Origin: an uncultured Chloroflexia bacterium
GTDB taxonomy: Bacteria; Chloroflexota; Dehalococcoidia; SM23-28-2; RBG-16-64-32
DNA: 64,000 nt
NCBI GenBank assembly: GCA_963717065.1
Contig: CAVQVC010000001.1
Coordinates: forward strand, 2,134,978 to 2,198,977
Direction of reading: 5' to 3'
Every line of letters starts with the position of its first letter. The first letter of the stretch is position 1. The notes under the pieces are model-generated. The model was not told the origin of the DNA and searched no databases. It was given only the letters and a program-made list of their open reading frames with translations. A program made the position numbers and the translations under genes. Shown here piece by piece: positions 47,644 through 56,310 of this stretch.

Positions 47644-48579
47644 CTAGTCGTCGTTGCTTTCCTTGTCGCCCGGGGCGTCGGTGCCGTGGCCGCTGTCCTG
47701 GCCTGAATCGTCGTCCTGTCCGTCGTCGTCCGAGCCTTCATGATCGCCGCTGTCGGGTCCCGAGTTGTCGTCACTCTGACCGTCGGCCTCTGGAGACTTG
47801 TCGGCAGGGGAGCTGTCCTCGTGGTCCTCGGCTTCGCCACCGCCGCCAGGCCCGGAGTTGTCCTCGTCGTCAACATCGTTGTCCTCGACGTCGCCAGGGC
47901 CACTGTTGTCGTCGCATTCGTCATCGAGGGGTGTTACTTCCGGCTGCTCCGAAGACGCACCACAATCGTCGCCTTCATCTGTACTCCCGGGCCCGCTGTT
48001 ATCGCTCGGCCCCGAATTGTCATCGCCAACGTCTTCGTCGTCGACGTCACCATTGGCGCCGTCGCCCACGTTGACGCAGTCGTCGTCGGCTTCGGGTGTG
48101 GCCTCCGGGGAGGGCGCCGGGCTCGCCTCGGGCGTCGCGTCCGCGACGCAGGCGTCGTCACTGTCGTGCGCGTCACCGTCGTCCTGGCCGTTCTCGGCCA
48201 CGCCCATCACGCGCAGCGAGCCGCCGGCGACATCAGGCCCGCCGAGAGCTGCCGACACTCCAGCCGCGCTTCCCAGCAGCAGTAGCACGCCGGTCGCCAT
48301 CGCCGCCGCCTTTAATAGGGACGAGCTGAGGATTGCAGGAATCATGGGTTGACCTCCGTCCTGGGCAGCCACCGCCGAGAGCATCGCCTGCCGGCCGCGT
48401 GCGATGGCAGCCGCGTCCGCTTCCGCCCGGGGCGTGGCGCCCAGCTCCTGCCAGAGCCCCAAGTGACGCCGGAGCGCTTCCGCCTGATCCGGGAAGCGCG
48501 CGATCACCCGCTCGGGGTCGGCGCCGCCGTCGATCTGCTTCAGGGCTTCGGCCAGGGTCCGGTAGAATGCGCTGTCCAT
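47644..48579 (-). CDS. Anti-sigma-factor-like membrane protein with extremely acidic DNSGP-repeat C-terminus (set B)
   Basis: 311-aa ORF. The N-terminus FYRTLAEALKQIDGGADPERVIARFPDQAEALRRHLGLWQEL parallels the set C anti-sigma N-terminus. It has a TM helix (LLKAAAMATGVLLLLGSAAGV) and repeated D(D/E)NSGP(G/S/D) units. It lies 80 nt downstream of sigma gene 48660-49289. Confidence 0.7.
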   Translation of the reverse strand: MDSAFYRTLAEALKQIDGGADPERVIARFPDQAEALRRHLGLWQELGATPRAEADAAAIARGRQAMLSAVAAQDGGQPMIPAILSSSLLKAAAMATGVLLLLGSAAGVSAALGGPDVAGGSLRVMGVAENGQDDGDAHDSDDACVADATPEASPAPSPEATPEADDDCVNVGDGANGDVDDEDVGDDNSGPSDNSGPGSTDEGDDCGASSEQPEVTPLDDECDDNSGPGDVEDNDVDDEDNSGPGGGGEAEDHEDSSPADKSPEADGQSDDNSGPDSGDHEGSDDDGQDDDSGQDSGHGTDAPGDKESNDD

Positions 48580-48659
48580 CAGTCTGATTTGCCTTTCACA
48601 GGGTCTATCGGCAGCGCACCCGGAATTCGTCGGTGCTTCGAATAAATAAGCGCCATCGT

Positions 48660-49289
48660 CTACTCCGGTTTCCAGTCATCGCTCAGCTTTTCGCGGAGCG
48701 TCGCCACTGCCCGCGCGTGCAGCGAGTAGACGGCGCTGCGTTCCTTGCCGATCACCGAGGCGATCTCGTCCGCGCTGAGGCCGACCAGGAAGCGCAGGAC
48801 CAGCACCTCCCGCTGCGAGTCGGGCAGCGCGGCGATCGCCCGCTGCAGGTCCATCCGGTCGTCCGCCGTATCCGTCTCCAGCGGGCCCGGCGCTGCTGGC
48901 TCCTCCGCCTCCTCGCGCCCCCGCGAGAACATCCGCCTCACGGCACGGACGGGAGACCCCACGCCGCTGATGCCTCTCGCGCGCACGGCCTCCCGCTGGT
49001 GGTCCGCCACCTGGTTCCGCGCGATCACGTACAGCCAGGCCAGCAACGGCCGGCCCGTGTGCTTGTACGAGCGGATCCCCTTGATCGCCGCGACGAACAC
49101 GCCCGCCGTGATGTCCGCCGCCGTGTCGGGGTCGAATACACGCGCGTGCACGTACCTGTACACGTACGGGTAATGCTCGTCGTAGATCAGCGCCCAGGCC
49201 TCCTGGGAACGCGCCTTCGCGAGCTCCACCAGCGCGGCCTCGTCCATCTCACGTTCTCGGGTTGGGGCGTCTGTCACGTCAACGGGCAT
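48660..49289 (-). CDS. ECF-type RNA polymerase sigma factor (set B)
   Basis: 209-aa ORF with WALIYDEHYPYVYRYVHARVFDPDTAADITAGVFVAA (region 2) and LSADEIASVIGKERSAVYSLHARA (region 4). Confidence 0.85.
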   Translation of the reverse strand: MPVDVTDAPTREREMDEAALVELAKARSQEAWALIYDEHYPYVYRYVHARVFDPDTAADITAGVFVAAIKGIRSYKHTGRPLLAWLYVIARNQVADHQREAVRARGISGVGSPVRAVRRMFSRGREEAEEPAAPGPLETDTADDRMDLQRAIAALPDSQREVLVLRFLVGLSADEIASVIGKERSAVYSLHARAVATLREKLSDDWKPE

Positions 49290-49445
49290 AGGTGAACTGC
49301 TACCTCTAGTGTCTAACGGTAGAACGACGCTGGATTCGTCGCGGGTTCAACGTAGACCAACAAATCGACGCGTCAGGCGCCCCTCCGGTTACGCGCTCCT
49401 GCGTTCCACTTGACCGATCCGTCACGCGCCCGTCACGCTGAAGCC

Positions 49446-50030
49446 ATGGCCGTCCTCAGCGACCGCACGATCAAGGAACTACTCGCCGCCGGCCGCCTCG
49501 GCGTCGACCCGCTCGACCCGGAGGCCATCCAGCCCGCCTCCGTCGACCTCCGCCTCGACCGGGCCTTCCGCACCTTCCGCGTCACCTCCCGCCCCTACGT
49601 CGACGTCCGTCAGCCCGTCGATGACCTGACCGAGCTGGTCGCCGTCGCCGACGACGAGCCCTTCATCCTCCAGCCACACACCTTCTGCCTCGGCTCCACG
49701 ATCGAGACCGTCACCCTCCCCGCGGACATCGTCGCCCGCGTCGACGGCAAGTCGTCGCTGGGGCGGCTGGGGCTGCTCGTGCACGCCACCGCGGGGTACG
49801 TGGACCCCGGCTGGACGGGGCGGCTCACGCTAGAGCTCTCCAACCAGTCGCAGATGCCGATCGCGCTCTACGTGGGCATGCGCATCGCGCAGGTCAGCTT
49901 CCTCGAGCTGACGACTCCGGCCGACCGCCCCTACGGCAGCCCCGGCCTCGGCTCCAAGTACCAGGGCCAGACAGGGCCCACTGCCTCCCGCGTGTCCGAA
50001 GAGTTCGGCGAACGCCCGCCTTCATCCTGA
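49446..50030 (+). CDS. dcd: dCTP deaminase
   Basis: MAVLSDRTIKELLAAGRLGVDPLDPEAIQPASVDLRL..GKSSLGRLGLLVHATAGYVDPGWTGRLTLELSN. The ATG at 49446 is preferred over the TTG at 49410. Confidence 0.9.
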   Translation: MAVLSDRTIKELLAAGRLGVDPLDPEAIQPASVDLRLDRAFRTFRVTSRPYVDVRQPVDDLTELVAVADDEPFILQPHTFCLGSTIETVTLPADIVARVDGKSSLGRLGLLVHATAGYVDPGWTGRLTLELSNQSQMPIALYVGMRIAQVSFLELTTPADRPYGSPGLGSKYQGQTGPTASRVSEEFGERPPSS

Positions 50031-50177
50031 TGCTGCAAGCGCCCGTCCACACGCGTAGGGGCGCAGCACACGAGTATCCCCACCCCGAACCAAAACCGCT
50101 GCTCCCCGCGATCCTCATCGACCCACCGCTACCTCCCGTGCTGCGCTCGCACCACGCCCCGAGCCCAAATCGAAGTC

Positions 50178-51797
50178 TCATGGCCACGGGCACGTCGGGC
50201 CCGGGCTGCCGAAGGCCCTAGCGCCGCCCAGCATCGGCGGCGTACCGGTCGTCGCCCCTGCCGCGATCAGCGACGTGAAGTCGTTCAGGTTGATCCACTC
50301 GTTGTATGTTCCCTTCCCCGGGTGGAAGTCCCAGCGCGAGCTGAAGTCCGGGTGCCCCGGGCTCGTCCCGAAGCGCCTCGGCCCCGCCAGGAAGCTCGTC
50401 AGGTCCTGCAGCGTGATGGTTTCCTGGCTAATACCCGGGGCCGCATACACGTTCGAGGGCCAGCCATCGGGACCGCAGGGGTCCTGGTCCGGCGTCCCAA
50501 TCTTGAACTGCGCCTCGGAGTACATCCCCATCTGCACGGGGCCGCCCGGGCAGCCATCGTCCGTCACTGCATCATCCGGCGGCCCGAAGATCGAGCCGTC
50601 GTCGTTCAGCCCGTTGCCGCAGAGCAGCGTGCCCGCCTCCCGCGCGCCGGTGTAGCCGTCGCCGTCGCAGTCGAAGGCTTCGGCGCCGGGCGGCAGCGCC
50701 TCGTCGATCTGCACGTCGCCGTCGTCGCTGACGCCCGCAAACACGCCGTCGATACGTTCTGGTCGACGGGTGGAATTCATCGGATTCCCACCGCACGGCG
50801 TCTCATCGGCGTCGGCCACCCCATCGTTGTCGTCGTCGTTGTCGCAGACGTCCCCCATCGCATCGCTGTCGTGGTTGAGCTGATTGCTGTTGGGTATCGT
50901 GGGGCAGTTGTCCACCGAATCTGGGATCCCGTCTCCGTCGGTATCAACGTAGGATGGGCAGGCCTGGTTTACGGCCATCGTCCCGGACAGTGTCAGCAGG
51001 GGCATCCATGCCGCCATCGTGACATCTATGTGGGTGTTGTTGGTTAGATTAATCGGGTGCAGCCCTGTGCCGATTTCAACGCCGGGACTGGTCACGTTCA
51101 GCCTGAACAGCGGGCCGTCTCCCCATTCATGGCCGGAGAAGGAGGCGTCGGCGCCGTTCGCGGAGAAGACGCCGTCACTGTCGCCGTTGGCGTCACCGGC
51201 GTTGGTCGGCGCGCTGGAGCCTTCCTGGCCCATCAGCATGTTGGCATAGCCTGCGCTAAAGCCGGCGATGACGCCGCCGGGGTTTGGATAGCTGAGGTTT
51301 GCCCCGTAGGCCATGGCTCGATAGGCCTGAGGAATGTCGTCGGCCACAACGTCGACGGTGATCGAGTCTACCGCCTCTTCGTCGGCGTCGATGATGTTGC
51401 CGGTGTTCGTGTTCATCCGCGCGCAGGGCTCGATCGTACCGATGACACCGACTGCCGGACACCCGTCGTCCGGAACCGTATCCGCGTCCTCATCTATGGA
51501 GTTACCCATCCCGTTCGCAGCGCACTCGCCCGCGCTGAACGACTCGAACGGGTCAAAGCTCATCGGGAACGCAGGTTTCGTGAAGTTCGTGGGCGCGAAC
51601 GGCCCCACCGGCGCGCCGTCCTCCGGGTCCATGTCGACGGCCATCAGCGCCATGCCGCCGGGCGGCTGTGCCTGCGCCGACGGTTGACCATCGAACGAAG
51701 CGACCGCGACCAACAACAGGCCCACCAGCGCAGCGGCGCCAAGGCCGAACGTTCGTCGGGTGTTTATCGTTCTCAACGCTGCCTTCATTGCACTCAT
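50178..51797 (-). CDS. Secreted modular protein, paralog P3: cohesin-like N-domain + TSP3 repeats + conserved C-terminal module
   Basis: 539-aa ORF with signal peptide ([27 protein letters not shown]). N-domain [83 protein letters not shown]-terminal [42 protein letters not shown]. Confidence 0.85.
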   Translation of the reverse strand: MSAMKAALRTINTRRTFGLGAAALVGLLLVAVASFDGQPSAQAQPPGGMALMAVDMDPEDGAPVGPFAPTNFTKPAFPMSFDPFESFSAGECAANGMGNSIDEDADTVPDDGCPAVGVIGTIEPCARMNTNTGNIIDADEEAVDSITVDVVADDIPQAYRAMAYGANLSYPNPGGVIAGFSAGYANMLMGQEGSSAPTNAGDANGDSDGVFSANGADASFSGHEWGDGPLFRLNVTSPGVEIGTGLHPINLTNNTHIDVTMAAWMPLLTLSGTMAVNQACPSYVDTDGDGIPDSVDNCPTIPNSNQLNHDSDAMGDVCDNDDDNDGVADADETPCGGNPMNSTRRPERIDGVFAGVSDDGDVQIDEALPPGAEAFDCDGDGYTGAREAGTLLCGNGLNDDGSIFGPPDDAVTDDGCPGGPVQMGMYSEAQFKIGTPDQDPCGPDGWPSNVYAAPGISQETITLQDLTSFLAGPRRFGTSPGHPDFSSRWDFHPGKGTYNEWINLNDFTSLIAAGATTGTPPMLGGARAFGSPGPTCPWP

Positions 51798-51815
51798 CTC
51801 CTGATCTTGATCGCG

Positions 51816-53294
51816 CTACGGCCAGGGGCACGATTGGCCGAACGCCCGGATGCCGCCGAGCATCGGCGGGGCGCCGGTGTACGCTTCGCTGGCGACGATG
51901 GACGTGAAGTCGAGGATGTTGATCCAGTCGACAAGGACGGTCGTGCCCGGGTAGATGTCCCAGCGCATGTCGTAGGCATCGGGCCCGTCGACAGACTCGG
52001 TGTCGCCGGGGCTGGTGCCCAGCCTGCGGGGAGTTGCGATGAAGCTCGTCAGGTCCTGGAGGGTGATCGAGTTCTCGCTCCCCGGCCCCCGATAGACGTT
52101 CGTGGGCCAGTCATCGCCGCAGGGGTCCTGCTCCTCGGTGCCAATGCGGAAATCCGCCTCGGACCAGTCGCCGACCTGCGGCGGGCCGCCCGGGCAGCCG
52201 TCGTTCACGACTACGTCGTCCGGAGGGCCGTAGATCATGAAGTCGTCGTTGGTGCTGTTGTCGCAGAGGTACGAGCCGGATTCCCACTGGTTGTCGTAGC
52301 CGTCGCCGTCGCAGTCGTACCGCTCGGAGTCCGGTGGAGACGGCTCGTCTATCTGCGTATCGCCGTTGTCGTCCGCGCCGGCGAAGACGCCGTCGATGCG
52401 CTCGGGTCTCGAGAGGGCGCTCCAGCGGTCGGAAGAGCACCAGGCCTCGTCGTAGTCGAACAGGCCATCGTTGTCGTCGTCCTTGTCGCAGGCGTCGCCC
52501 TGCGAGTCGCCGTCGTTGTTGGCCTGCGTAGGATTGGCGTTGACGGGACAGTTGTCGCACGCGTCACCGGGCGGATCGGTGTCGCCGTTGGCCTGGGCGG
52601 GGTTGGCGACCGTGGGGCAGTTGTCGGCGGCGTTGGATATGCCGTCTGCGTCGAGGTCGTTGTCGCAGGCGACGGTATCGATAGAAATAGAAGCAGAGTT
52701 GACCGTGACCGCCGCGTGCGCGACGCCGTTGACATCGATGTGGGCGGCGTTCAGCAACGTTAGCGGGAACTCCCCGGGAGTTACGGGTGGCACGGTCGAT
52801 ACCTCGAGGCGGTCGAGCACTCCGGAGCCGCTCTCGCCCGGCGATGGGCCGGTATCACTGATATCGGCTGCGAACGTACCATCCGCATCGGGCAGGCCAT
52901 CGCTGGCGCTCGAAATGATCGATCCCGGGGTGGCCGCCAGCAGATAGCCGGTGTCCTGGGAAACGACTTGCAGGGACGGCGCCGGATAGGTCAGCTCGTA
53001 GCCATACCCGGCGATCGAAGTCGAGGAGGGGATGTTCGTCGCCGTGATGTCGAGGGTGAGCGTGTCAACAGCATCCTCATCAGCGTCCGCGATGTCGTTC
53101 TCGTTGATGGCTGCGCAGAATTCAGGACTCCCAAGGGAGGAGCCACCGTTTGCGGGAGTCATCTCCGGGTGCAAGTCAATGGACATGGCGCCCATCCCGC
53201 CGGGAGCCTGGGCGTTCGCGGGAGGTTGCGCGCCGACACAAACGAATGCGAGGAGGGCGGCGACGAGAATAGCGATGAGGAAGCGGTAGATCAC
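51816..53294 (-). CDS. Secreted modular protein, paralog P4: cohesin-like N-domain + TSP3 repeats + conserved C-terminal module
   Basis: 492-aa ORF with signal peptide (FLIAILVAALLAFVCVGAQPPANAQA). DTLTLDITATNIPSSTSIAGYGYELTYPAPSLQVVS..GSGVLDRLEVST. DNCPTVANPAQANGDTDPPGDACDNCPVNANPTQANNDGDSQGDACD. C-terminal [39 protein letters not shown]. Confidence 0.85.
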   Translation of the reverse strand: MIYRFLIAILVAALLAFVCVGAQPPANAQAPGGMGAMSIDLHPEMTPANGGSSLGSPEFCAAINENDIADADEDAVDTLTLDITATNIPSSTSIAGYGYELTYPAPSLQVVSQDTGYLLAATPGSIISSASDGLPDADGTFAADISDTGPSPGESGSGVLDRLEVSTVPPVTPGEFPLTLLNAAHIDVNGVAHAAVTVNSASISIDTVACDNDLDADGISNAADNCPTVANPAQANGDTDPPGDACDNCPVNANPTQANNDGDSQGDACDKDDDNDGLFDYDEAWCSSDRWSALSRPERIDGVFAGADDNGDTQIDEPSPPDSERYDCDGDGYDNQWESGSYLCDNSTNDDFMIYGPPDDVVVNDGCPGGPPQVGDWSEADFRIGTEEQDPCGDDWPTNVYRGPGSENSITLQDLTSFIATPRRLGTSPGDTESVDGPDAYDMRWDIYPGTTVLVDWINILDFTSIVASEAYTGAPPMLGGIRAFGQSCPWP

Positions 53295-53318
53295 AGGCGG
53301 ACCCCCCAGGGCAGCTTC

Positions 53319-53346
53319 ATTATAGGTGCTCGGGATAGCCTGTCAA
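53319..53346 (-). promoter_or_regulatory. Near-consensus sigma70-type promoter (TTGACA-N16-TATAAT) for the P4-P3 operon
   Basis: The minus strand reads ttgacaggctatcccgagcacctataat. The -10 box ends 24 nt upstream of the P4 ATG, inside the 86-nt gap after ORF 53381-53728. Confidence 0.55.
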
Positions 53347-53380
53347 CCGCGCCTCGCACTGACCACTGACCACTGACAAC

Positions 53381-53728
53381 TCACCTGTCCGGCGGCAATA
53401 TCTGGTCCCCCAGGTTCTTCAGCAGCGCCGACAGGTTCTCCTCCAGGTGCTCCCCCTTCTCGACCCGCGTCGCCTCCTTCCGCTCCGACTGCAGCGCCGC
53501 CGCCAGCACCCCCAGCCCTCGCAGCATCAACCCCATGTCTTCCGGCTGCCCCGCCACCATCTCCATCATCCGCGCCAGCAACAGCCCCACCTCCGGCCCC
53601 TTCTTGCCGCCCCTCGCGGCCGCCCGTTCCAGCTCCGCCCGCCTCGCCTCCGGCATCGAATCCCTCGAGAAAAACCCCTCGCGCTTCCGCCTCTCCGCAG
53701 CCAAACCTCCCAACCTCCCATCTCCCAC
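53381..53728 (-). CDS. Hypothetical protein
   Basis: 115-aa ORF with balanced helical composition (..ELERAAARGGKKGPEVGLLLARMMEMVAGQPEDMGLMLRGLGVLAAALQSERKE..). It is co-directional with and 35 nt downstream of ORF 53764-54363. I recognise no family. Confidence 0.5.
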   Translation of the reverse strand: MGDGRLGGLAAERRKREGFFSRDSMPEARRAELERAAARGGKKGPEVGLLLARMMEMVAGQPEDMGLMLRGLGVLAAALQSERKEATRVEKGEHLEENLSALLKNLGDQILPPDR

Positions 53729-53763
53729 CTCATCCGCTCATCCTGAGGTATCGAAGGACCTTC

Positions 53764-54363
53764 CTACTTCCTGCCTCTTACCTCCAGCCCCTCCGGCAGC
53801 ATCGGCGACTGCTGACGGTCGCTCGACGGCACGTCCATCGGACTTCCCCATCGGCCCCGTTTGCGCAGGTTCTGCAGCACGAGCAACTGGTGCATCGTCT
53901 GCAGCAAGAATCGGTGTACCTTCGTCTCGTACCGCATGACCTTGGTCAGCGTCTCGTCTCCCGGCAGCAGCCTCTTCATCAACATCCGGCTCATCTCTTC
54001 CACATGCTCCTCCGTCAGCTCCCCCGGCTCCGGCAGCCCCCTCATCGCCCGGCCGAACCGCCAGTCGCCCGGCACGCTCTCCAGGTACCCGCTGATCGAC
54101 TCCGTCTCGTGCCGCACCGACCGGAACAGCCGCCAGAAGCAATACGCGATCCTGTCCGCGAACAGCTCCTCCAGCATCCCCACCGGCTGCACCGACTCGA
54201 ACACCCCCGCCCGCAGCCTCAGCCAGTCCTCTTTCTTCTCCACCAGCGGGATCACCGGCGTCTGCGACAGCACCGCGTGCTTCACCGGGTTCAGCCGCAC
54301 CCGCGCCTTCCCCCTCGCCGTCTTCGGCCCCGTCTTGCTGTCTATCGCACCTTCATCTGCCAC
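53764..54363 (-). CDS. Hypothetical protein
   Basis: 199-aa ORF with non-repetitive sequence (..RLNPVKHAVLSQTPVIP..FADRIAYCFWRLFRSVRHE..TKVMRYETKVHRFLLQTMHQLLVLQNLRK..). I recognise no family. Confidence 0.55.
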   Translation of the reverse strand: MADEGAIDSKTGPKTARGKARVRLNPVKHAVLSQTPVIPLVEKKEDWLRLRAGVFESVQPVGMLEELFADRIAYCFWRLFRSVRHETESISGYLESVPGDWRFGRAMRGLPEPGELTEEHVEEMSRMLMKRLLPGDETLTKVMRYETKVHRFLLQTMHQLLVLQNLRKRGRWGSPMDVPSSDRQQSPMLPEGLEVRGRK

Positions 54364-54842
54364 GTCATCCTCCTCCCTGCGCCCCCCTGTTCCGCCTCCT
54401 CGCCCTACTTGAGTACTTTGCTAGCTTCTACCCCTACTTCTTACACCAAACCCCATCCGATCTCTAAGCCCCACCCGTCACACTAGAACACCTATTCCGG
54501 AACCACAGCGTAATCCCACCCCCATTTTTGCCAAACAATTCCACCGGTCTCACCAACGGGGGCGCAGCACACCAATACCACCAGCTCGCGTCCGGCAACA
54601 TCCGTTCCGCCGTCCATCGAAACGACCCCCGTTCACCCGCTCGTGCTGCGCCCGCGCCACACCCCCGACCCATCCCAACGCCCGGACCGGCTACGTGCCC
54701 CGCATGCTCACCCATCCCTCACAAATGGGGCTGTCCGGCGCAACTGCAGCCACCACCCCTCCCCTCTCCCTGAGGGAGAGGGATGCCCGGCTGCGCCGGG
54801 CTGGGTGAGGGCACGCCCTCCTCCCTCCACCTCCTACCTCCC

Positions 54843-54880
54843 ACAAGCAAAGAGGCCCCCCGCCGAAGCGAGGGGCCTCT
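54843..54880 (-). terminator. Intrinsic terminator after the set C anti-sigma gene
   Basis: The minus strand reads agaggccccucgcuucggcggggggccucu followed by uugcuugu, 27 nt after the stop at 54907. Confidence 0.6.
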
Positions 54881-54906
54881 CCTCGAGACCTACGGGGCCC
54901 TGCCCA

Positions 54907-56307
54907 TCAACTCATCACCTTCACCAGCCCCGCGAAGTAGGTTCCACTCTCAACGTGGTCCACTTCCACGTATACCGTCGCTCCGACCGCCAGCGTCCCC
55001 TGCACTGTCGCCGTCTCGAAGCAGACGATCTTCTGCGTGCCGCTGACGTCCACCTTGATCGTGAACTCGGCCGCGTTGTGCTCCAGGATGACGCCCGTGA
55101 AGGAGATCGGCGCGTCCATCTTGATCTTCATCTCGATCGCGAAGTAGGAGCCATCGCCCATCTTCGCCGCGTGCACGACGACGGTCTGGTCGACTACCGG
55201 CACGCCCAGCGGGAACGACGTGTTGCCGTTCGTCAGGACTGTCTTCGGGTAGCCATCAACCTGCACCGTGAAGGTGCCACCGTTGACTCCCACGACCTTG
55301 CCCGTGAAGTCGGCGAGCTTGAACCCGACCTTGCTGGCGACGACGCTGCCATCGCCCTGCTTCGTCCCGCGTATCCAGACCTTCACGCCGACGAACGGGT
55401 GCCCGTCCGGGTACTGCGTGTCACCGTTGACGTAGACGATCACGTTGCCGTAGTCGGGGGTGCTCAGGGCCACCTTGCCGTCCGCCACCGCTGTGACTAC
55501 GCCCCAGAACTCCATCACGTCTGGCTTCGGCGGTACCGGCTTGTCGGTCGGCTTCGGCGTCGCTGCCGGCTTCTCGGTCGGCTTCGGCGTCTCAACCGGC
55601 TTCTCGGTCGGCGCCGGTGTCGGCTCCTGCGCCGGCTCGGGAGCGTGTGTCGGCTCCACGACGACCGGTGCGTCTGTCGGCGTGGCGGCCGCCGGCGGCG
55701 GCCCGTTGCCGATCAAGCGCACGACCCGCGCGTTGAAGAACCGCGGCTCCGCCGGAGTGCCGCGAACGTTGACATGGTCGCGAACGTGGACGTCTGTCCG
55801 CCCGATCGTGTGGCCGGCGGCGTCCTGGTACTGAGTTTCGTTCGTCAGGTGCAGGAACAGGTACTGGTTTGCGTCCGTCTGCACGTAGAAGATCGTCGAC
55901 GCCGTCGAAATGACGGTCGCGTCAAACGACTGTGTGTTGTCCTCGCCCGTGAAGATGTCCGTGCCGCCCGCCGCCGCGAAAACGCCGACGGAAGCCACGA
56001 ACAGGCCGGCCACGGCCATGGCGAGGACATTCCCGAACTTGAAGATGCCCATTGGTACTCCTCTCTCTCTTCCACCTTCCACCACCCGCGCCAGGAGAGT
56101 GTTGCGGGCTTCTTGCATGCTCGCCGCGGCGGGCGCCGGGGCGCCCAGGCCGCGCAGGGTCGCCGCCGAGCGCAGGTAAGGCGCCAGCTGCTCTGCATGC
56201 TGGGGATACGCCTTCAGGCACTCGTCTACCGGCTGTCCCTGCCGTACGCGCTCCAGACATTCGTCCAGGACGCTGCGAAATTCGTTGTCCCTCATCATCC
56301 TCATCAC
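54907..56307 (-). CDS. Anti-sigma-factor-like membrane protein with Pro/Thr/Lys linker and DUF5666-like beta-barrel repeats (set C)
   Basis: 466-aa ORF. N-terminus FRSVLDECLERVRQGQPVDECLKAYPQHAEQLAPYLRSAATLRGL. TM helix (NVLAMAVAGLFVASVGVFAAA). PAPTEKPVETPKPTEKPAATPKPTDKP linker. Three G.V..V..G.F.V-type repeats. Its start lies 4 nt after the sigma gene stop. Confidence 0.75.
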   Translation of the reverse strand: MMRMMRDNEFRSVLDECLERVRQGQPVDECLKAYPQHAEQLAPYLRSAATLRGLGAPAPAAASMQEARNTLLARVVEGGRERGVPMGIFKFGNVLAMAVAGLFVASVGVFAAAGGTDIFTGEDNTQSFDATVISTASTIFYVQTDANQYLFLHLTNETQYQDAAGHTIGRTDVHVRDHVNVRGTPAEPRFFNARVVRLIGNGPPPAAATPTDAPVVVEPTHAPEPAQEPTPAPTEKPVETPKPTEKPAATPKPTDKPVPPKPDVMEFWGVVTAVADGKVALSTPDYGNVIVYVNGDTQYPDGHPFVGVKVWIRGTKQGDGSVVASKVGFKLADFTGKVVGVNGGTFTVQVDGYPKTVLTNGNTSFPLGVPVVDQTVVVHAAKMGDGSYFAIEMKIKMDAPISFTGVILEHNAAEFTIKVDVSGTQKIVCFETATVQGTLAVGATVYVEVDHVESGTYFAGLVKVMS

Positions 56308-56310
56308 CTC

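Noticed and set aside
47700-48150. Short periodic DNA repeats that might be mistaken for a CRISPR or other tandem array.
   Set aside because: The periodicity is imperfect and lies inside a long ORF, encoding DNSGP/acidic peptide repeats. There are no uniform repeat/spacer units, no leader and no cas genes.
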